From: Tricharina praecox
Lineage: Eukaryota
Reading direction: 5' to 3'
Length of the DNA: 64,000 bases
Assembly: GCF_024521635.1 (NCBI RefSeq)
Contig: NW_026250429.1
Location: 434,001-498,000, forward strand
In this document: positions 10,836-23,250 of the stretch, in pieces
Layout: every line of letters begins with the position of its first letter
Numbering within the stretch: position 1 is the stretch's first letter
Made by a program: the position numbers and the translations under genes
Notes under the pieces: generated by a model
The model's input: only the letters and a program-made list of their open reading frames with translations
What the model was told of the DNA's origin: nothing
Database searches by the model: none

Positions 10836-12262
10836 CTACGGCGCAACCTTCCTCGCCACCCAGAACTGCGCCAGATACGCGTTGCGGGTGAGCATGTTCG
10901 GGTCCCAGCTGTAGCCGGCAAGCTTTCCGCGCACCTTGCCCCTCCACCCCTCATCCGTCGCGAACGTGTCCTCGCCCCACTTTTCGTCTGCGGGTAAGAA
11001 CTCGAATCCCAACTTCGCGGCCACCGTCAACACCTCATCGAGGCTCAACTCGACCAGTGGCGCGGTGCCGTACAGCAGCGGGCCAAGATTGATCCACACG
11101 CCGCCGGGCTTGAGTACCTTGGCGATGGTCTCGAGATAGTCCACCAGGTTCCGGGCCGTGTCGATGAAGAACAGCGTTGCGACGACATCGAACGCGCCGT
11201 GCTCGTGCGGCAGGAACCGGGTCACAAAGTCCCCTTCGACCAGCTTCAGCCGGGTGAGAACCTGCGCATCGGGCACGATGTCGGGGAACTGCACCGCGCG
11301 CAGCAGCGACTCGGTACTGCGGTGGTGGCTCCACCACTCCAGGTTGGGATGGAACGTCAGGCTGTTGGGCTTCACGCTCTTGAGCGAGAGCATGTAGCGC
11401 TGGGCCAGGACCATGTACGGCGAGAATTCATTCGCGACGACGTCGAAGCCGGCGGCGGCCAGGTCGTAGCTCAGCCTCCCCAGCCCAGCCCCGGGGACCA
11501 GCACTCTCACACCGCTCCTCGGCGCGGGAAACATATCGACCAGCGTCTCGAGGATCTGGGGGAAGATTGCGTCGCGCTCGTGACGGCCGACGGTGGACCA
11601 GTCGCGCACAAAGTGCTTCAGCGCCTGCGCGACCTGCGAGTGGTCGCCGACGTTGCGGTGGATCTTGGCGTAGCTCTGCAGCTCGAACGGCGAGATGCCG
11701 TAGTACCGCAGACCGTGCTCGAGGACTGCCTGGGCCGTGACGTCGTTCATCGCCGCTGCGTTTGCGACCGCTGAGATCTTCGAGACGTAATTTATCGTCG
11801 AGCCAAGCAGCTGCTTTTGCAGTTAAATCCAACATCGTGGCGGTTGGATGGGTGGGGGTGCGCAAAGGGGAGGAGAAAGGGGGAAGGGGGTGCACGAACT
11901 AGCTTCTGCGATGCCGGGAGCTTGTTGTATTCTGCTCGCTTCTTCTTCCACGTCACCGAGGTCTTCGCTCTGTAGCGAGACATGCCAGCGAGCGCGGCGA
12001 GGAGCTTGCCGCGATCGATGCCCCCCGAGCTGCTGTCGGCAATCGCGGCGGTCGACGAGGAAACGGTGGCCTGGCTGAGGCGTTGGAAGTACGAGACGAG
12101 CATTGGATACTGCAGGGCGGCGACGACGACCAAGCAGGCGAGCAGCAATGAGATACGGGTGCTAGTGGAGGATCCGTGGGGCTGGGGCTGCTGCGGGAGC
12201 TGCACTAGCATCTCGGTCGGGGCTGCGGATGGTGGTGGTGGTGGTGGTAGTGGTGAAGACAT
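10836..12262 (-). CDS. N2227-like (carnosine N-methyltransferase/CARNMT1 family) SAM-dependent methyltransferase with N-terminal TM segment. Exons 12262-11900, 11810-10836
   Basis: QALKHFVRDWS, VLVPGAGLGRL, ANEFSPYM, VEGDF, TLFFIDTARNL, LKPGGVWINLGPLLY; phase-0 intron GTTCGT...CAG. Confidence 0.9.
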
Positions 12263-12407
12263 CCCGTCGGTGCTGGTGGTGGTGGGTGTTCGCTGTTGAG
12301 TCTAGGCGGGAGCTATGGTCTCAGGTCTGGGAGCCAACAGGGTGTCTCTAAGATGGATCTCGATACGCGTGCGCGAGGCTTGGCGAAACACTACGCTCCG
12401 GGTCTAG

Positions 12408-12496
12408 CTCGCGAGTGATGGGAGAGTGATTGGTCACAATTGAATGCTCGAGAGTGATGGGAGAGTGATTGGCCACAATTGAATGCTCGAGAGTGA
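12408..12496 (-). promoter_or_regulatory. 39-bp tandem duplication carrying two CCAAT boxes upstream of the methyltransferase
   Basis: CTCG.GAGTGATGGGAGAGTGATTGG.CACAATTGAATG x2; GATTGG reads CCAATC on the gene strand. Confidence 0.5.
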
Positions 12497-12723
12497 GCGG
12501 CGTGTTCCGAGTGCGGCCAATGATCTGGTGTCCAGCTCACGATGCGTTCGTCTGACTGTTCGGTAGGTAGGAGGGTGCTAGTATGTAGTAGTATCGCCAA
12601 CCCGCGGCCACGGCAGAGTAAGCACACACACCCCACAGCACCCAGGCTACAGTACAGCACCCACAGCACAGATATGCACAGTACAGTACACCTACCAACT
12701 ACCGTAGCGTAGTCCATACAGTG

Positions 12724-12771
<48 letters not shown>

Positions 12772-12786
12772 TGATTTGATTGATTG
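12724..12786. repeat. (GATT)n microsatellite
   Basis: Read directly. Confidence 0.95.
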
Positions 12787-13300
12787 CGCGATTGCATGAT
12801 TTGCCCGATGAGGAAGCGCTCCCATCCCCCAAACAGGCCTCCCGTTCCCTGTGCGACAACCGGCTTTGCAGGAGATCAGATGTCGCCGGTCGACGCGGTA
12901 TGTAACCTAACGTAGCGCACACATCACAAATGATACAGAGCATGTACAGTACATACTCTGGGATGGCCGCAGACAGACAGACAGACAGACAAGAGCAAAC
13001 GGGAGTCGGGACGAACGAACGCCTTGGACTTGGACGGAAGAGGACACGCGGTGGGTAGGTACGTAGGACCAATATCTCGGAAGTGGTGGGGTGGGGGGGA
13101 CGGGCGATGGCGGCAGTGGGAGTGGGAGTGGGAGTGGGAGTGTGGGACGCACACATTTGCGGTCCGCCAGGGAGTTTTTTCCTGTCTGTCTCGTATGTAA
13201 GTGAATATGTGGAGAGAGAATGGAATGGGCTATGGGCCAGCCAGCGTTGGTGCAAACAAGGCGGCCAAACAAAATGCAACGAGGGAAAAAACAAAAATAC

Positions 13301-13534
13301 AAGAAAAGAAAAGAAAAGAAAAAGAAAGAAAAAGGAAAAGGAAGAAAAAGAAAAAGAAAGAAAAAGGAAAAGGAAGAAAAAGAAAAAGAAAAGAAAAAGA
13401 AAAAGAAAAAGAAAAAGAAAAAGAAAAAGAAAAAGAAAAAGAAAAAGAAAAAGAAAAAGAAAAAGAAAAAGAAAAAGAAAAAGAAAAAGAAAAAGAAAAA
13501 GAAAAAGAAAAAGAAAAAGAAAAAGAAAAAGAAG
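13301..13534. repeat. 234-nt uninterrupted purine tract including (GAAAAA)x23
   Basis: No pyrimidine on the plus strand from 13301 to 13534; perfect hexamers 13393-13530. Confidence 0.95.
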
Positions 13535-14489
13535 TGAAGAACTGGAAGTGAAGAAGTGCAAACCCTTACTTCCTGTACTCTGCGATCGTCGAGTTCGCTC
13601 GTGGCTCGTGACGGGGAGTGGCCGGGGCATTCTTTTAGGGGGGGGCGGGTGGGAGTAAAGGACGACAACAAAAGAGAAGAGTCTGTCGATCCCACAGGCC
13701 ACGGGCCACGACGAGACGAGACGAGACGAGACGGGAACCTCCTCCAAGCCACCGATGGCCACCGACCCAAGCTTGCTATGCTCCATCTTCGGCAATCAGG
13801 AATCAGGAGGGATGGATGGCAATGGATGGACGGATGGCAGTGGATGGCATAACTACATGGACCGGTAACCACTCGTTGCACGCATGCATATGACTCTGCT
13901 ATGTGCAAATCTACATACGACCTCGGGCGAACACACTGCACATTGCACACTGCACACTGCACACTGCAAACAGCGGCCGTGGCAGACGGATCACCCCATG
14001 ATCCCCGTATGTGCACCAAGCACCAAGCACCCCATCATACATAACCCCAGATAAAATCGCGGGAGCGAGGGAGTAAGGAGGGAGCGAACAAGACCAGTCA
14101 CCAGTGCAAACGAACATCCGGACGGAACCCAACCCTGTTTTTTTTCTTGCTTGCTTTCATTCATTCCGCGTTATCGAGGCGAGTCTGGCGAGTCTGTCTG
14201 TCCGTCCGCAAGCGAAAACCGATTAAGGTTCGCGATCCCTCCCAGTTGCACCCACCACCGCCACCCCACTGCACTGCACTTCCTGCACTGCACGACATTT
14301 CTTGGTGTTCCGGGGGGGGGACATGGTACTGCTAGCAGCAAATATCACGGGGAAAAAGGAAAAAGGAAATAGGAAACCCCAGTCCTCCCCAAAAAAGAAA
14401 AAAGAAAACACCATCGAGCGTCGCCCGAATGTCCGATTACGTTTATCTAGGGTAGGGTACCGGTAGTTCAGACTCTGAGATGGGCTATG

Positions 14490-14764
14490 TATGTATGTAC
14501 CTAGAGTACTTCTGGCTCGCAGTACATATCGGTACTTGTGTCGTGCTGTGTCGTGCTGTATCGTGCAGTGTCGTGCAGTGTCGTGCTGTGTCGTGCTGTG
14601 TATGTATGTACCTAGAGTACTTCTGGCTCGCAGTACATATCGGTACTTGTGTCGTGCTGTGTCGTGCTGTGTCGTGCTGTGTCGTGCTGTGTCGTGCTGT
14701 GTCGTGCTGTGTCGTGCTGTGTCGTGCTGTGTCGTGCTGTGTCGTGCTGTGCCGTGCTGTGTCG
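14490..14764. repeat. (GTCGTGCTGT)n decamer satellite with a 111-bp-period duplication of flanking unique sequence
   Basis: TATGTATGTACCTAGAGTACTTCTGGCTCGCAGTACATATCGGTACTTGT at 14490 and 14601, each followed by decamer arrays. Confidence 0.92.
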
Positions 14765-16404
14765 CATTGCGTTGTTGGGAAGGAAGGAAGGAAGGGAGAT
14801 GTCGGTACTCGGCACTGCTGGGGCACTGGGGGGGTACTGGGGGTACTGGGGGCACAAACATCTTAGCTTATGTAGCTTATGTAGCCTCTATGTAGGACTA
14901 TTGACGGATCCCTCTACCGAGATCTCTCGCAGCCGCAGGCCTCCACAGGCCTCCGCACTGCACTGCACTGCACGAATTCGCCGCAGCAGCGATGGAGGTA
15001 CCTTAGGTACCTCCTAGCATAAATACCGTACCTAGTCCCATGCGGTGCGGGGATCGCGGATCGCGGACGGAAAAAATGTGGTTTGCATACCTACCTAGGT
15101 GGTTTGCATCAGTGGTTTGCATCTGCGCCCGCCCCCGCCAGCCAGCCCGCCCGCGCGCACGACGTTTGCTCGTGCCGGCCGTGGGGGGCGGCGTGGGGTG
15201 CTCGAGGCGCATCAAGCTGAGACCTTCGTACATATCGTGATTCGTGAGCTCGTGTCTGCCGGACGGACGGCAGTCGTGCCCTCCTCAACAATAATGGATC
15301 ACCATCTATACACGTATGGCTGGCCGCTGGCGCACATGGACTGCGGCTCTGCGGATCGGATGCGGCTCTGCGGGTGCGCTTGACAGACGAGTCGCGACTA
15401 CGACTGGTCCACGAGCCTGGCACGAGGGCTCGGAGAAGCTTAGCTGTCTAGGGGGCTTGGCAGCGGGCTAGGTATATCGAATAAAAATAGAAACAAAAAG
15501 AGTGGTGATCTTCCAGGCTTCCGTGAAAGTGATGGGTGGGCCACTGGGCGTGGGCGTGGGCGTGGGGCCGAAGGAGCTGTGTCGGCAGTGTGTATACCGT
15601 AATTACCTTATCGTACCGTGCCGTATCGTACCGTGCCGTATCGTCCGTTGTCGTCATCGTCGTCGTTTCAACCCGGAGCTGCGGACCTGGGACTGGGAGA
15701 GACCGATGGCCAAGAAGTTGTGAACGGACTGGGACTTGTTGAGACCAACTCGGCTGGGGGTGTGACTGAGGGCGGAGAGGGTTGTTTTCATTCGATTCGA
15801 GAGCGGGTTGAGGGCGGGTTCTGTCTGAGCTGGGAGCGGGCATGAGAGTTGAGGGATGCACGAGCGGGCAACTTTTGCCGACTTGGCTAGACCCGATACG
15901 GCGGGCCAAACGTTCGAAGGGCTCTTGTTTATTTTGTTGACCGGTTGTTTTGTTTTCTCATCATCTGCGCATGCATCTTCATCCTCATCTCGCCATTCAA
16001 CTCGCGGGGTACTTGAGGTTCATCACCTGAAGAACACAGGTGGCTCTTTTCTTTCATTGTCGTTTCTCTCTCTAGTCGAATACAATCGGTTTTCTATCTT
16101 TAATCAAGGTTTTCTGAAGATCATCTCGTCCCGACTCCCCAGTGCTTCAGTATGTGTGTCTCCAAGCCCGTGTGTCTCCAAGCCCGTCTGCCTCAAAGCC
16201 GTCCCCAACCACAGCGCTACCACAGCCACCAAGGACCGAGGACCGTCCTCATCCCCGGCCCGCTACATATCCACCCAGTCGGTGTTTCTTACCCTCTGCG
16301 GTCGCCAGTCGGTATGTGCCGGTATGTATAGTACGGTACAGTGGCACCGCCGGTATCGCTACTTACCTCTGCATGCCTACCTTGTACCTACCAGCCCTAC
16401 CACA

Positions 16405-16492
16405 ACCGCAATCGCAACCACAACCGCAACCGCAATCCCACTCGCAACCGCAATCCCACTCGCAACCGTAATCCCACTTGCAACCGCAATCC
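16405..16492. repeat. 18-bp minisatellite (ACCGCAATCCCACTCGCA)
   Basis: About 4-5 imperfect copies, read directly. Confidence 0.8.
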
Positions 16493-17816
16493 CCCCGCAA
16501 GATACCGGCAGTTACGGCAATACACTACCCACGGTCCACGGTTTCGACGACGACGACGGAACACCGATCCGTGGCATACAGACGCAGAGCAACACGCGGC
16601 CCGAACATCCCATGCGTGCGTTGACCCAGGTGTCTCCGCGGGATTGCAGATGAGCGAAGATGAGCTCGGGGTAGATCCAGCACTCGAGCTGATCTACTTA
16701 TCGATCTACTCATATACGTGCAGCCCAAGTAGCCCAGCTGCAGCCCGCTTCGAGTCTTCAGGTCTTCGAGTCTTTGATCCAATAGACGGCAGCGAATATC
16801 CACATCCACCTACCGTACCTACCTCGTCACCTACCTCGTCACCTACCGTACCCTGCCGTACCAGGTACCTACCCCACCACCGTGAATAGGTACGGACTCC
16901 CACCATCCCATCATCCCACACTCCCCACTCCCCACTCCTCACTCCCCATCATCGAGTACCGGTACAGGTACTCTATGTACTTGTGCCCGCCAAGTCACCG
17001 CGCACGCACTCTGGAAACATTTGTATCTATGCAGAGTACTCTACATCTCCCTGCCAGGTCCTCTGCCAGGTTCACCACCGCGCATTTCGTTCGTTCGTTT
17101 ACCACCCTCCACCCCCCTCCCTCCCCGGCCCCCTTCCATCTCATGCAGGGTCCTAGTTAACCACTACCTAGCACATACATACCGTACATATCCCCCGGCC
17201 ACCCAACGTGCCATCACACCCCCAGAACAAACCCTCTGCCTCTGCCTCTGCCTCTGCCTCTGCGACTGCCAGCACAACTTCTGTTTGCATGTACCATACT
17301 CTACACACTCTCTCTTTCGCGAGGGACGGACGGCCCCCAGTCACACAAAAGATTGCGGATCATCCCATCATGGTCCGCAGAGTACATGGGCCGTACATGG
17401 GCCGCGCGCGCCCGTTTGATTATTCGGTTCGGTTCCGAATTCGTTTGTCTGTCTGTCTGTCTGTCGCATCACCACCACCACCACCATCATCACAGGAAGT
17501 ACGTCGAGTAGGTAGGTAAGGTAAGGTATTAGAGTAAAGTAAACGGGCTGACCACCGCTCTATTTACAACACAGTTCCGCGTCCGCGTCCATCCCTCCTC
17601 CCTCCCTCCCCCCGTCCCCGTCCCCATCATCGTCCTCCGCGCGCGCCCTCCCATTCTCCCGCTGTCCCGATCTCCAAGCAAGCAACCAAAGCCATGTGCA
17701 TGTGCAGGTAGTATCCACCGAAATAAAAAAATAAACAAAGGAAAAAGGAAAAAAAACAGCAATGCAAACAAACACAAAAAAATAAACGAAAACGCAAATA
17801 AAGTAGACAAAACAAA

Positions 17817-17922
17817 CACACACACACACACACACACACACGCACGGGTTGGGAATGGAATGAGGAACACACACACACACACACACACACGCACGGGTTG
17901 GGAATGGAATGAGGAACACAAA
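17817..17922. repeat. (CA)n plus ~30-bp unique unit duplicated in tandem, in the probable SOK1 3' UTR
   Basis: (CA)n-CGCACGGGTTGGGAATGGAATGAGGAACAC occurs twice. Confidence 0.85.
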
Positions 17923-18773
17923 CACAAAGAGGGAGCAACAACAACAAAAGCCAAAGTCAAAGATTAAAGATCAAAGATTCAAAGGTTCAAAGTACACCGA
18001 GAAGGCAAGGTAAGGTAAAGTAAAGTAGAGGTCAAAATAATGAAGGGCCGAGTGATGAATGGATGGCATTTTTAACCTTCCACGCCCCACGCCGCCGCCG
18101 ATTCTCTCCCCAATGACCAACGAAAAAATGCAAAAAATAGTAAAAAAATAAATAAACCACAAAACCAAAACCACAAAATGAACTTTGAGAAGCACTTCCT
18201 GAAGAACAACAACTGCCTCTATGTAATGGACGCCCCCCAAAACAAAAACAAAACTTGGAAAAACCACAAAACAAAAAAAAAAACACAACGAAAAGCAAAA
18301 AAAAGGAAACAAAAAAAGGAAATACCAAAAATCCGGATATAATAAAACACAAAAAAAACCCGAAAAACAAACCCCACCCCTAAAGCAAGCAAGACGAGAG
18401 ACCAAATTTACGATTCTAGGAAAACAAAAACAAAAACATAACACAACATGCAAACAGTGTGTGTGTGTGTGTGTGCGTGTGGTGTGTGTGTGTATGTTTG
18501 TGTGTGTGGTGTGCGTGTGGTGGTATACTTATGGCAATAGGTAGAGGCGGGTCCAATAAAAAACAAAAATAAAAACTGGTAGGGTGATAGCAAGATGACG
18601 TCCAGACCGCGCGCACATTATAGATGGAGGAGGTGGTGGAGGATGGTGGTGGTAGTGGTGGAGGGTGGAGTATGGTGGTGGTAGTGGTGGAGGGTGGAGG
18701 AGGCGTGGTAGTGGACGTGGTCCGGTCCGGATAGAAGAGTATCGAAAAGAAAGGAGGCAATCGACGCGAAATC

Positions 18774-20684
18774 TCACGAGCTGGCGGCATAGAGTTTGCC
18801 AAATATCCTCCAGTGCAGAAAGGCGATGTGAGCTATCCGCTGCGCGATCGAAGCCAGTTCCACAGACGAACCGGTAAGATCTGCCGCCTGCAATATCGGG
18901 GAGGTCGATAGCGACGACCAGCTCTTCATCACCTGCTGGACGAGTGTGGTGACGTCCTTGACGACGCCCACCTCTACGTGGACGTATATCGACGAATCGA
19001 CGCGCAGGTGCTTCTGGAACCAGTTCTCGGCCATCTTGACTGTCGAGGCGTCGACGAGACCCGTGTTCCCGCTGAACTCGAAGGCAGCCTGTGCGAGGTG
19101 TAGTGCCACCGCGTTGCTGCCCTTCACCCAGCGATACGGTCCCTCCTCTTCGCTGAGGATGGCCAGCAGCTTCGCGCGCAGGTTGTCGACGGTTGCCGCG
19201 TCCATGTCGCGCTTGCAGTTGAACTGGTGCAGTAATTGCCGGAAAAACAGCAGCGCGAGCTTGAGACACGTCGCCTCACGGATGTCGTCCCTGATGGCAT
19301 CTAACCGCTCAAAGTCGAATGTGAAGGTAGCCGGATAAGCCGAGTATTTCGATGGCGATAACATCTCGGTGGTAGCGCGGATGAACGAGTTGTACGGATC
19401 CGTGCTGTCCTTGATGGCGTTTTGGAACCATATCCTCGGCTCCCTCATATCCAGACGCCCCGACTCAATTCGCTCCTGAAAGTATCCTTGCTCAAAGTGA
19501 ACGGCCGTGGAGACGAGATGTGGTCGCAGTGTTCGGATCTGGTGATTTGCGACGTCCTGGATGGAAGGTTAGCATAAACTAAGAAAGAAAAAAAGGGTAC
19601 TCGGCAACCTTGTTGCGATAGAGTGGAGACTTACGAGCTTCATCGCCTCCAGGATACCAAACACCATCTTCAGCCCGTCGCGCAATGCCCACGTCTTGCC
19701 GTTGTCGACTCCGAATGCCACCTGGGCAACCATCTGTTCGACCCATTGGTCCCTCATCGGCGCGCAATGCGCCTTCAACACGCCCGCCAACCACTCCGAC
19801 AGCTTCTTAAAGTCCAGCACACCGTACTCCAGCTGCTGCTTCAATAACCCCTCATCCAGCGCCGCCTCGACGTCGTCCCTGTCGCTCTTGGGCACCAATG
19901 TCGACAGTATCTCCTTCATGGTCTTGAACAGTGTGAGCAGCTTGACGGCCATCCCAGCCACCCTTGTCTGCCGGTTCCTCACGTTGGCAAAGAGCATGTC
20001 GCACTCGTGCAGCACCTGCTTCCAGTAGATGTCGGCCTGCTCCCGCTTCTTCCTCCCCCGACTGCCATCCAGATTCGGTCTGAAATGCAGCTGCGCGTCG
20101 AACACGACGTCGTGCCTCAACTTTGGATTCCGGTAGATCTCGCTCAGATCCAGCTCGCGTAACGTGTGCAGAGTGACGGGTGGCAGATGTTGCTGCACGC
20201 TGTCCTGCGCCCTCCTCCTCTTCCTTCCGAATGTAGGGGGTAGCGATCTCGACCGCCCGAGGGGCTTGGATGGGAGGTGACTCGACAATCGGTCCGCGAC
20301 CGAATCGGACGGCGCCGACGACTCGGAGCCCGAAGATGGAGACAAAGGAGGTGTGTTATTGTTGCTGGCGGCAGTGATAGGGGGCGGCGTGGATTCGTCC
20401 ACTCGCAGACGCTTGGGCTTGATGTCGGATGTGGGTTTCGAGTCGTTCGAGCGTTTTGTCGGCGCAGGACTTGGGACCGACGACTGATGGTATCCGTATC
20501 CAGGGGTTGAAGTGCCCGACGCAACACCACCAACATGCCCGGAATCAGGTATCTCGATGGTCTGGGGGGCTGTTGTGCTCGTGCTGGCCTCGTATTCACC
20601 GTCTGCTGGTGCCTGGAAGTGAATGGACGGCTGTCTCTCATGACCGGCGTGGCCGCGAGGATGGCTCGAATCTATGGGGTCCAT
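18774..20684 (-). CDS. SOK1: cAMP-signalling protein Sok1 (Tcp11 domain). Exons 20684-19635, 19556-18774
   Basis: PVTLHTLRELDLSEIYRNPKLRHDVVFDAQLHFRPNLDG, LKAHCAPMRD, ILEAMKL|DVANHQIRTLRPHL, YPATFTFDFERL, IAFLHWRIFGKLY; intron GTAAGT...GCTAAC...CAG. Confidence 0.93.
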
Positions 20685-23196
20685 TTGGGCCGGAATATGA
20701 AAGCCTATGGGGAAGGGGGGTTTCTTCTTCTTTTCTTTCCGAGTCGAAGTAAATAAGGGAGGGAACAGGTCACGTCCAACAAAGACCAGCCGAAGGAGGG
20801 ATGAAAGAAGGTGGCGCTCCTTTTTGTCGAGAAGTTATTATTATTATGGTTGACTACTTTGGGCCGAGTTGGGAGGAGCTATTGTTATTGTTGTTGTTGT
20901 CGATGTTGTTCGCGTGGTGTACTGGATCGGCTTGGGAGGTGTCGAGCTTGCTGGAGCTAGGTAGGTTGTATATGTTCTTCCACGTTGGTTCGAAAGGGGC
21001 TCGAGATGTCGACGAGGTGGTGGTTGGGTATTGCTGGAGGATGACAATGGGCAATACAGCTGACAGGGAGGGTGTTGAGGTGAGATTGGGAAGAAGAATA
21101 AGGCGGACAAGAAGAGCAATCGTAAACGAAGGAGGTGGGGCGGGGATGATAAGTATTTATGAGAAGGGGCGAGGAAGTTGGGGCCAAGTGAGTGAGGTTT
21201 CTGGAGGCAATTTTTTATGGGGAGCGAACAGTTGGGGGAGAGCGGAAGAGGAACTTGTAGATGGATGGATGGGAACGCAACTAGAGTACTCTTACTAGCA
21301 GAGTTGCGTTCGTTCGGGAAGCGGGTCTGACAAGGGAGGGATTTACCTATATATTTTTTGTTTATTTGTTTTTTCTGCGTGTGGATGGCGAATTTAGCGG
21401 CGCAGGTAGCTGATTTGGTTGGGGTTTTGGGTTGGGGTTTGGGTTGGGGGGGATGGATGGGTGTGGGTTTGGGTTTGGGTTGGGGGAGGGGGGGGACGTA
21501 TAGGCAGGTAAGCAATGGTACATAGAGTACCGTAGACGATTGCAGGAGAGCGGATGGAGAGTTTGTGTTTTGGAATTCCCTGTGGCGCGCGAATTGGGGG
21601 GGGAGGTTTGAGGGCGAAGTACTCTAGGTACTCTACCGTAGCAGAGTCAAAAGAGGAGGAGGACCGAGTAGCGGCAGGAGCTACTCTAGGAAGCAGAGCT
21701 AGGAGTCGGGAGCGGCCCATGGGAGAGGATGAGAGGGAGGGTGCGTCGAGTGGAGTGGCGGGGGGGACGGACGGTAGGAGGTCGATTCCGTTGCTAGGGA
21801 GCGGCGGAGGCGCGAACGGGGAGAGGCCTGGTGGTGAAGGAGTGGCCGAGGAAGCTGAGGAATCCAAAGAGGCGCGAACGGCGAGGCATGGAGTCGGTGG
21901 TGGTGGTGGTGATATTGGTGGTGATATTGGTGGTGATATTGGTGGTGGTGATATTGGTGAGTGAGACCGAGAAGCTGAAGAATCTCTAGAGGCGCGCTCG
22001 AACTCGGGTTCGTCTCTGAAGCTGAAGACTCCTCTCCCCTTCCTTCAGAAGCGCGCTGGAGCTCGAGCTCGAGCTCGTCTTTCTGCCCCCGTGTCCGTCG
22101 CATCACGTAAGTGAGGTCAGAGGTACGTTACGTAGGGTACGGTACACACGGAACATACGGAACATACGGTACATATCCGCAGTCCACGGCACGGCATGGT
22201 AGAATATACCTACTGTATCTACTGTAACCGTGAAACTTGCCGACTACATACGGTACGGTAGGTTCGGTACACAACCTACTCTCTGGCACACGGGCGTTAC
22301 GCAGAATCGAGCGTTGGGAAAATCCGAAAATTCGTTGTGGGCACGCAATTCTTTCTTCACCTCGGTGCGCCAGCCAGGACCTTCTCCGTCCACGGCGGCC
22401 ACCACTCGGCCACTAACCACGACGATAGCCTGGATAACCTACATGCGATACGATACGATACGACGGGGAGGGGACGGCTTTGCCGCTGCAAGTGGTGCAG
22501 AGTGACATTTATGTGTGGTACATACGATAGGTACCTATTACCTATAACTACCATACCATTACCATACAATTGCTAGAGTCACTAGAGTAATCACGGTATA
22601 TCGCAGTTCAGTTCGCGTTCGCATATCCACGCGTCGTCGTTCGTTCGCTCGTTCGTTCGCTCGTTCCTAGTCGGCTATGTACCAAGCAAGCAAGCACTTT
22701 CCTGGTCACCCTTGACCGTTGCAGCCACACCCTCCCTCCCTCCATCCCTCTCTACATAGAGTACATACCAACACCGTAGAGCAGCGGCGTGCATTGTACC
22801 TACATCTGGGTATACCTACCCTACTACCGGTACGTATACTCTACACCTGGGTACCGGTATGTACACGGTTGAGTATACGGTAGTAGTGGACACTTTCCTT
22901 TTGCCTTTCCTTTGCTTTTGGCCCACGCTGGACTGCACTGGACTGCACTGGGCGATCGATGATACTCGCTCTACATACTACATACCGACATCGTACGTGC
23001 TCATCCAGCCAGACAGAAAAGACAATACAAGACAAGACAAGGGATTGCGTATGTGCTCATGTAGGCAGTTGGCACAGTTCAGTGCGAACGGAGGAAGCAA
23101 GCACGCAAGGCAAGGCATCGCATGGCCGTATGTATGAGTGCTGTCTGGCTGGCACGAGTCGGGAAGGGAAGAGACGATGGACATGAAGCTGAAGCT

Positions 23197-23250
23197 GAGG
23201 CAGAGGCAGAGGCAGAGGCAGAGGCAGAGGCAGAGGCAGAGGCAGAGGCA
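23197..23250. repeat. (GAGGCA)x9 microsatellite
   Basis: Read directly; one of many SSRs in 20.7-35 kb. Confidence 0.95.

Noticed and set aside
12692..14019. Long ORFs with poly-F, FL, KR, KE or poly-K
   Set aside because: Stop-free by-products of the (GAAAAA)n tract; open in many frames with no domain.
14994..15014. Perfect palindrome GGAGGTACCT-T-AGGTACCTCC
   Set aside because: Short, and built from GTAC/TACCT words that are abundant throughout the intergenic DNA.
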